From Desulfomonilia bacterium (GTDB lineage Bacteria; Desulfobacterota; Desulfomonilia; UBA1062): 64,000 nt of DNA. Under the pieces are notes generated by a model that made no database searches, had not been told where the DNA came from, and was given only the letters and a program-made list of their open reading frames with translations. Location of the stretch: positions 64,001 to 128,000 of the forward strand of contig JBEKDT010000008.1 of NCBI GenBank assembly GCA_050014195.1. Direction: 5' to 3'. Below, piece by piece: positions 57,696 to 64,000 of the stretch (the first letter of the stretch is position 1; each line of letters begins with the position of its first letter). The position numbers and the translations under genes are program-made.

Positions 57696-59182
57696 GATGC
57701 CCCTTTGAGATTCTCCAAGACAACCTTACCCTTTTCATCTCTTAAGATCTCGGGTACGAATTCCACCTTTCTGGGTGTTTTAAAAGGGGCAAGTTGTTTG
57801 CGTGCAAACTTCTTTATTTCGTCTTCTGTCAGATTCTCATCATCGCGTACCACGAAGGCCTTGATGATGGCACCTCTCATGAGGTCCGGTTCTCCGATGA
57901 TGGCGGAATCGCGTATACCGTCCATGGAATTGAGTACATTTACTACCTCACGGGAATAGACATTGAACCCTGAGGTGATCACCATGTCTTTCTTATATCC
58001 GGTGATGTAGATGAAGCCGTCTTCATCCATATATCCGAGGTCTCCGGTGTGGAGCCACCCGTCCGTGATGATGTCTTTTGTCTCCTGTTCATGATTGTAG
58101 TAGCCCTTCATGATGTTGGGCCCCTTAAAAAGGAGCTCCCCAGTCTCACCTGGTTTCAGGATATTCCCTGCATCGCCTTCAACCCTGCACGAAACGCCGG
58201 GCACGGTGGTGCCGATTGATGAAGGCTTTATGGGGAGGTGCTTCTGATTCACCGCGCAGACCGGAGATGCTTCGGTGATGCCGTAGCCCTGACGTATATC
58301 CGCATGAAACCGTTCCTTAAAGGAATTGTAGACCTCAATGGGCAGGGCTGATCCCCCGGCAATGAGCGTCTTCATGTGCGTATAGTCGATATCCGCCAGA
58401 TCAGGGTGATGTACCAGACCATAGAACAACGTAGGTACCGCACAAACCGCAGTGATGCCGCAATCGGTAAGGGCGTGGTGAAGCTCCCTGAAATCGAGTT
58501 TCTTCATCAGATAGATGGTGCCGCCGCATCGAAGCATGGAGAGCATGTTCACACTGGCGCTGAAGGAATGGAAACAGGGTATGACGGTAAGCGTGCTGTC
58601 GGTGTGGTCGATTTCCATGCATTTGGGCATCAACCCGGAGTTATGGTCGAGATTACCCTGGGTGAGCATGGCTCCCATGGGGTAGCCGGTGAGTCCTGAG
58701 GAGTAGATCATAACCGCTACGTCGTCTCTGTCCCTGTCCTCGATAATGCCGCTGCCGGTTCCTGAAACCCACTGGGAGAAGGTGCCGTCCTTGCCTACCG
58801 TTATGACGAATTCCTGCGGGCATTCCTGGGCGATTGTCTCATAGGTATCCCTGCTGTCGTGCTCGATGACTAGTGCCCTTGAGCCTGAATCGGTAAGGAT
58901 ATGCTTGAGCTCCCGTGAGGTGTAGGAAGGATTTACCGGTGTTACCACGGCGCCGATGCCGATGACGGCCATATAAGTGATGATAAATTCAGGCATATTG
59001 GGTAACATGAGGGTGACATGGTCGTCCCTTTTGATGCCGGCCTTCTTAAGCGAACTCCCAAGGGAATCGGTAAGTCTGTAGAGATCCGAAAAGGTGATCT
59101 CTCTGTCCCTAGACCTGATGGCCGTTTTAGCTGGCCTTTCCTGTGCATGAGTTTGCAGCCACGAATAGAGATTCATACCCAT
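57692..59182 (-). CDS. Long-chain fatty acid-CoA ligase-like ANL enzyme with a variant P-loop
   Basis: YSSGLTGYPMG, QGYGITEASP, LHTGDLG and KKDMVITSGFNVYSRE motifs; overlaps the pflX-like gene (ATGA). Confidence 0.88.
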   Translation of the reverse strand: MGMNLYSWLQTHAQERPAKTAIRSRDREITFSDLYRLTDSLGSSLKKAGIKRDDHVTLMLPNMPEFIITYMAVIGIGAVVTPVNPSYTSRELKHILTDSGSRALVIEHDSRDTYETIAQECPQEFVITVGKDGTFSQWVSGTGSGIIEDRDRDDVAVMIYSSGLTGYPMGAMLTQGNLDHNSGLMPKCMEIDHTDSTLTVIPCFHSFSASVNMLSMLRCGGTIYLMKKLDFRELHHALTDCGITAVCAVPTLFYGLVHHPDLADIDYTHMKTLIAGGSALPIEVYNSFKERFHADIRQGYGITEASPVCAVNQKHLPIKPSSIGTTVPGVSCRVEGDAGNILKPGETGELLFKGPNIMKGYYNHEQETKDIITDGWLHTGDLGYMDEDGFIYITGYKKDMVITSGFNVYSREVVNVLNSMDGIRDSAIIGEPDLMRGAIIKAFVVRDDENLTEDEIKKFARKQLAPFKTPRKVEFVPEILRDEKGKVVLENLKGAS

Positions 59183-59291
59183 CCGTATAACGTAAATATA
59201 CAGAATTTGGAATATTGAAGTATGATGAAAGATTCTCTCTTCAACACCCTTAAGTTTAATTCCAATGTACAGGATTCGTCAGTACATTTTA

Positions 59292-59900
59292 TCAAGTCAT
59301 TTTGACGATGATATCGCTGATGATGTTGGCCGCCTCATCACCTCTGTCGGCGGCGTTGCTCAAATGCCGGTAGATCTCACGCATCTTGAGCATATAGACC
59401 GGGTCGTTCCCTTCAAAAAGGTCACCCAGTGCCGAGCGGTACTCCTTTTCCATCTTATTCTCGCATGCCTTGGCCTCTTTGGCATGATCCATGGCGACAT
59501 TCGGATAGTACTGAAGATTTTTCAGTGCTGCAATCAATTCCTTGCATTCTTTTTTAAGAATCTCCGTCATGGCCCTGATATGATCATCAGCCTTGACCTT
59601 GTAGATCTGCATCTCATATACCGTGGTGCAGGCATAGTCCATGACATCGTCAATGGCCCTGGATAATGAGAAGATGTCTTCCCTGTCAATGGGGGTGATG
59701 AAGGTCTGATTGAGGTGATCAATAATGATCCTCCTCAAGTCATCAGCCTCCATCTCGACGTCTTTGACATGCTCGGCATTTTCCTTGGTGCTGTCCGATA
59801 CGAACACGCACAGTGCGCCCAAGCCCTCCAGGGTCTTTCTGCCCTGATCGTGGAGAAGCTCAAAGAAGTTTTCATTCGGTTTGTTTTTTCTCCACCACAT
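59292..59900 (-). CDS. DUF47 (PhoU-like phosphate transport regulator)
   Basis: EMEADDLRR, TFITPIDREDI and REIYRHLSNAAD motifs. Confidence 0.9.
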   Translation of the reverse strand: MWWRKNKPNENFFELLHDQGRKTLEGLGALCVFVSDSTKENAEHVKDVEMEADDLRRIIIDHLNQTFITPIDREDIFSLSRAIDDVMDYACTTVYEMQIYKVKADDHIRAMTEILKKECKELIAALKNLQYYPNVAMDHAKEAKACENKMEKEYRSALGDLFEGNDPVYMLKMREIYRHLSNAADRGDEAANIISDIIVKMT

Positions 59901-60021
59901 GCACGGATCCTCTCATGTCATCCTATCATATATTCTCTCGGGTAATTTCGGAAAATAAATTAATTGAGGTTCATCACAGCAAAGCATACTCGATCATTGA
60001 GGAGCACGAAGATGGATACCA

Positions 60022-60133
60022 CACCACGAAGAGCACGAAGAAATGAATCCTCTTGAATCTCTGACTAGGGGGAGAGTAATCCAAAAAATGTCCATTCTGA
60101 TTTTCTATTGTTTTCTTCGTGTCCTTCATGGTG
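60022..60133. repeat. 22-bp imperfect inverted repeat built from 9-nt CACGAAG units
   Basis: CACCACGAAGAGCACGAAGAAA (60022-60043) versus TTTCTTCGTGTCCTTCATGGTG (60112-60133). Confidence 0.7.
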
Positions 60134-60209
60134 AGAACAATGGAGTTGTAAAATGATGCAAACCGTAAAAGTATGCTTCACAGAGAAGAACCTTGCTTCA
60201 ACAACATCA

Positions 60210-60515
60210 TCAGCCAGGCGTGCGGACATTCATGCAGAATCTATAACAGTCAAAGTCTTCCCCGCTGTCCTCCTGGAAAAAACGGTTTGTCCTGCAATAT
60301 ACTTCGAGTTCATGAATATCCTGGTTGATGCAGATGCTGCAGAATGACTCCATGGTGAGCACAGGATCGATTTTAAGCTCATACTTACGATACTTGGGGC
60401 ATGGCATACAGTCTTCAATCCGGCCCGTCCTGAGTCTGCACCAGTTGCAGTGTATTTTCCGGAAATCCATACAAGACTTAAATACCTTGTTGGTTACAGA
60501 AAGGGCAAGGGGCAT
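60210..60515 (-). CDS. Small Cys-rich hypothetical protein
   Basis: CNWC, CMPC, CSIC and CYRFC motifs; follows the CoA ligase on the same strand; alternative start at 60470. Confidence 0.45.
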   Translation of the reverse strand: MPLALSVTNKVFKSCMDFRKIHCNWCRLRTGRIEDCMPCPKYRKYELKIDPVLTMESFCSICINQDIHELEVYCRTNRFFQEDSGEDFDCYRFCMNVRTPG

Positions 60516-60533
60516 ACGTGAATAAATGATAAG

Positions 60534-61931
60534 TCACTCGTCGTCACTTCTTTTCCATTTCGCATAATTCACTAAATAGCCAAGGGCCTTAATCGCCTTG
60601 CGAGTAGTGGGGTAGAAAGGGATGCCGTGCATCTCGGTGAGGGCACCAAGCTGCCTGACCGCCTCGGATGATGGGCCGTAAGACCATGACGTAACCGGTT
60701 TTCTTAAGTTGGCACCCATATGGGAGAGTGTGCAATCGTAGATCTCCGGTGTGAGGTAGCTGCTGATGTAGGTGTTTAAATAAACACAATCGATGCCCTC
60801 ATCGGCCATGAGGATATCAAAACACTGTTCGTAATAGGAGAAGAGGTTGGGTCCGCCTGTGGCCGATGCTGGCCCAAGGTCGATGGGATGGCCGGACAAG
60901 GTGTGACTAATCTGCAGGAGATCTTCCCTGCTGTTCCGGCTCAGCTCGCCGGGTACAAGTCCGCATTGTGCCGCTATATCGATGCACTGGATGCCGATGG
61001 CTCCGGTGAGGCTGATGATGCCGATGCGGTTCCCCACAGGAAGAGGCTGCGAGAGAAAGACCTTCGCAACCTCCAGCAGGTCTTCGTAATCTTCCACCCT
61101 GATGATTCCCGCCTGTCGAAAAAGTGCATCATAGAGACCGTCCCGGCCGGCAATACTCCCGGTATGAGAGGCCATGGCCCGGGCCGCCTCGCTGCTCCTG
61201 CCGCCCTTGAGACAGAGGATGGGCTTGCTCTTCGAGACCCTTCGAGCTGTTTCTCGGAGAGCCTTTGCGCGCCATGTATGTTCCAGGTAGAGGCCGATCA
61301 CCTTTGTATCCGGGTCAGCCTCGAGGTATTCGAGGCTGTCGACCTCATCTATGTCGCACATATTGCCCAGGTCGATGATGGTATTGATACCGAACGCATA
61401 CTCATTCAGCGCCGTTGCCTGCGGGCCGTACATGCCAGTCTGGGTGATAATGGACAGGCCGCCCTTGGGAGGAAGGATGCAGCCTTTCTCGTAGGGGATG
61501 GTGCTGACGCCTGAATGAGGCTTATATATCCCGAGTGTGTTGGGCCCGATGATGCGGATGCCCATTGCACGGGCTATTTCAACGATCTCGTCCTGGCGGG
61601 CCCTGCCGTCGTCCCCGTTCTCGGCAAAACCATCGGATATCACCACAACCGCCTTGACCCCCTTGCTGCCGCAGGCCTTAAGAATCCCCGGCACGGAGCG
61701 ATACGAAGTGGCAATCACTGCAAGGTCCACTCTCCCTTCCACCTGGGAAATGTCAGGGTAGACCTTCAAACCATAGACTGATTGAGCGGTTGGGTGGATA
61801 GGGTGGATGGAGCCGGTATACCCAAGCCCCTTAAGCTCTTTTACCACGACACCGGCGCCGAAAAACCAGTCTTCCTTCATACTCCCGAATACTGCAATAC
61901 CTTGGGGCTGGAAAAAATATGTGAGCTTCAT
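60534..61931 (-). CDS. Acyl-CoA synthetase (ADP-forming) alpha-type subunit
   Basis: CoA-binding domain, GPNTLG, DLGN, phospho-His motif ASHTGSIAG and HPIDL. Confidence 0.88.
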   Translation of the reverse strand: MKLTYFFQPQGIAVFGSMKEDWFFGAGVVVKELKGLGYTGSIHPIHPTAQSVYGLKVYPDISQVEGRVDLAVIATSYRSVPGILKACGSKGVKAVVVISDGFAENGDDGRARQDEIVEIARAMGIRIIGPNTLGIYKPHSGVSTIPYEKGCILPPKGGLSIITQTGMYGPQATALNEYAFGINTIIDLGNMCDIDEVDSLEYLEADPDTKVIGLYLEHTWRAKALRETARRVSKSKPILCLKGGRSSEAARAMASHTGSIAGRDGLYDALFRQAGIIRVEDYEDLLEVAKVFLSQPLPVGNRIGIISLTGAIGIQCIDIAAQCGLVPGELSRNSREDLLQISHTLSGHPIDLGPASATGGPNLFSYYEQCFDILMADEGIDCVYLNTYISSYLTPEIYDCTLSHMGANLRKPVTSWSYGPSSEAVRQLGALTEMHGIPFYPTTRKAIKALGYLVNYAKWKRSDDE

Positions 61932-61963
61932 AAGGATATTCCATTTGATGAATTCAATAATGC

Positions 61964-63085
61964 TTATGCGGCCTCGGGGCTGTGTTCGGAATACATCCTC
62001 GGGACCCGTCTGCTCATGTCGCAGGTGACCTCATAGGCTATGGTGCCGCACCATGATGCAACAGTGGCTGCCGTAATGGTGTCCGGGCCGAACATGATCA
62101 CCTCCTGGCCCACAGGGTATGTGTCATCGCCTAGGTCGATGAGGGTCTGGTCCATACAGATCCTCCCTACTACGGGATAAGTCTTGCTTGCGATGAGAAC
62201 TTTTGCGGTGTTGGACAGTGCCCTGGGATACCCGTCCGCATAACCGATGGGTATGGTGGCGATGGTAGTGTCCCGTTCGGGCCGGTAGGTAAGGCCGTAG
62301 GAGAGCCCGGTGCCTTTTTTCACCCTCTTGATGAACATGATGCCTGTCTTCAGGGTCATGGCAGGCCGCACATCGAGCTCTTTTAGCATATCTTCTGAAG
62401 GGTAGAGACCGTAGCACAGGATCCCCGGCCGGACCATATCCATGAAGGACTCCCGATGATTGATTACGGCGCCTGAGTTTGCGCAGTGGCGCAGCCCCAC
62501 ATTGATCTTCATGATGGCCAGCCTGTTGGAAAGATCGATAAATTGCCTAATTTGTGTGGCGGTGAACTCGCTTCCGATGACATCGGATAGCGGAAAGTGT
62601 GTATAGAGCCCCGAGATGGTGATCTCACGCAAGGAGGCAAGGTGTTCTATAACGGGAATGGTCTTCTCCGGCGGCAACCCGAGCCTGCCCATGCCCGTAT
62701 CGGTCTTGATATGCACGGCTATGGAACGGTTCCATCTGTGTGCACCCTGGACTAAAGCCTCTACCGGAGACATATCCACGAGTGTTGGTGTCAGGTCATA
62801 TGAGAATACCGAGTCGACATCATCCTGAGAAGAGGTGATCAGGCCGAAATTGAGAATGGGAAGCACAACGCCCGCCTTCCTGAGCTGTAAGCCCTCTTCG
62901 ATGCAGCTTACGCCCAGCATGTCCACGAGGGCCTTTTCCTGGACGAACCGGCCCACGGTCTCGGCGCCGTGTCCGTACGCATCGGCCTTGATGGCCATCA
63001 TGACACGGCCTTTGGTGCGGGACCTGATGAGCTCGATGTTGTGCTTGATGGCCGAGAGGTCGATCTCAACCCGTGTGGGCCGCAT
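61964..63085 (-). CDS. alr: Alanine racemase
   Basis: IKADAYGHG PLP lysine; DTGMGRLG, ANSG, VRPG, GYADG and GRICMDQ motifs. Confidence 0.96.
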   Translation of the reverse strand: MRPTRVEIDLSAIKHNIELIRSRTKGRVMMAIKADAYGHGAETVGRFVQEKALVDMLGVSCIEEGLQLRKAGVVLPILNFGLITSSQDDVDSVFSYDLTPTLVDMSPVEALVQGAHRWNRSIAVHIKTDTGMGRLGLPPEKTIPVIEHLASLREITISGLYTHFPLSDVIGSEFTATQIRQFIDLSNRLAIMKINVGLRHCANSGAVINHRESFMDMVRPGILCYGLYPSEDMLKELDVRPAMTLKTGIMFIKRVKKGTGLSYGLTYRPERDTTIATIPIGYADGYPRALSNTAKVLIASKTYPVVGRICMDQTLIDLGDDTYPVGQEVIMFGPDTITAATVASWCGTIAYEVTCDMSRRVPRMYSEHSPEAA

Positions 63086-63094
63086 GCGCCTCCT

Positions 63095-64000
63095 TTAGTC
63101 AGCCTTCTTGCGCAGGAATGTCGGTACGTTGTACAGATCCTGGTCCAGCACGCTCTCATCCACCACCATGCCGAGTTTGATGACCTCCTTCTCTTTCTCT
63201 TCCTTCTGCTCTCTTCTTCTCATGAATGCGGGTTTGGTGTAGTCGATGACCGATGCATTTTGCTGGTCTCTTGTTGTTTGATTTTGCTGATGGACCCTGC
63301 CCTTGTCCATGCCGGAAGAGAGCACGATGGGCTTGCCGGCGAATCCTGTAGCCACGACGGTGATGGATATCTGGTCGGTCATTGTTTCGTCGATGACCAC
63401 GCCCCAGATGATGTTTGCATCGTCATGGGCTGCGGCTTGTATGAGCGAGGAGGCCTCGTGGATCTCGTTCATGGTGATGCTGGGGCCGCCGGTGATATTG
63501 ATGAGCAGGCCCTTGGCACCATGGATGTCCATGTCCTCGAGCAGCGGGGAAGAGATGGCCGCCTGGGCTGCATTGGCCGCCCGGTTCTCTCCGCTGCCGC
63601 AACCGATGCCCATAAGGGCCTTGCCTTTTTCGATCATGACTGCCTTGACATCGTTGAAGTCTACATTTACCAGCCCGGTGTTGTTGATGAGGTCGGAGAT
63701 GCCCTTGACCGCGTTGATGAGGATATCGTCCGCCATCTTGAAGGCATCGAGAAGGGGCACATTCTTGCCCGCCATGCTCAGCAGGCGGTTGTTGGGGATG
63801 ACGATGAGGGCGTCAACATTCTCGGCAAGCTCTTTTTCACCGATTTCGGCCTGGTTCATCTTGCGCTTGCCCTCGAAGGGGAAGGGCTTGGTAACCACTG
63901 CAACAGTGAGTATACCCAGGTCCTTGGCTATCTGTGCCACAACCGGGGAGGCGCCGGTCCCGGTACCTCCGCCCATGCCTGCGGTGATGAAGACCATATC
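63095..64000 (-). CDS. ftsZ: Cell division protein FtsZ (5' part outside the window)
   Basis: [17 protein letters not shown] and VVATG motifs; C-terminal [10 protein letters not shown]. Confidence 0.97.
   Translation of the reverse strand, partial: DMVFITAGMGGGTGTGASPVVAQIAKDLGILTVAVVTKPFPFEGKRKMNQAEIGEKELAENVDALIVIPNNRLLSMAGKNVPLLDAFKMADDILINAVKGISDLINNTGLVNVDFNDVKAVMIEKGKALMGIGCGSGENRAANAAQAAISSPLLEDMDIHGAKGLLINITGGPSITMNEIHEASSLIQAAAHDDANIIWGVVIDETMTDQISITVVATGFAGKPIVLSSGMDKGRVHQQNQTTRDQQNASVIDYTKPAFMRRREQKEEKEKEVIKLGMVVDESVLDQDLYNVPTFLRKKAD

Noticed and set aside
59264-59288. AATGTAC-N11-GTACATT dyad between DUF47 and the ligase
   Set aside because: Short and AT-rich; an operator, a weak terminator and a chance match cannot be told apart

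Overview
A 64-kb chromosomal segment that is mostly core genes, probably from an anaerobic deltaproteobacterium (Desulfobacterota-like; inferred from gene content and order). Metabolism: four AMP-forming acyl-CoA ligases, an acyl-CoA dehydrogenase, an ADP-forming CoA ligase, and a 2-hydroxyacyl-CoA dehydratase/benzoyl-CoA-reductase-family operon with its activase. Housekeeping: hisF, holB, an EF-G paralog, mog, scpAB, trpS, rluB, ihf, alr and a partial ftsZ. Also present are an XPB helicase with a WYL-type partner, a glucosylglycerate-synthase-like operon, a large FN3/PKD surface protein, and a sigma54-controlled flagellar basal-body operon (flgBC-fliEFGHIJ-motE-like). No tRNA, rRNA, CRISPR array or transposase was seen. 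The best candidate for an undescribed system is a fatty-acid-methyl-ester signalling circuit wired to c-di-GMP. A PhcB-like methyltransferase with a PilZ-like N-terminus (35172-36632) would make the signal. A membrane protein joining a PhcS-like sensor domain to PAS and HD-GYP (54997-56730), beside the flagellar operon, would sense it. Both genes have sigma28-like promoters. The second candidate is a ~90-nt sigma54-driven small RNA with an anti-Shine-Dalgarno seed (~15730-15820, minus strand). All family assignments come from motif recognition and recalled sequences, not from database searches.
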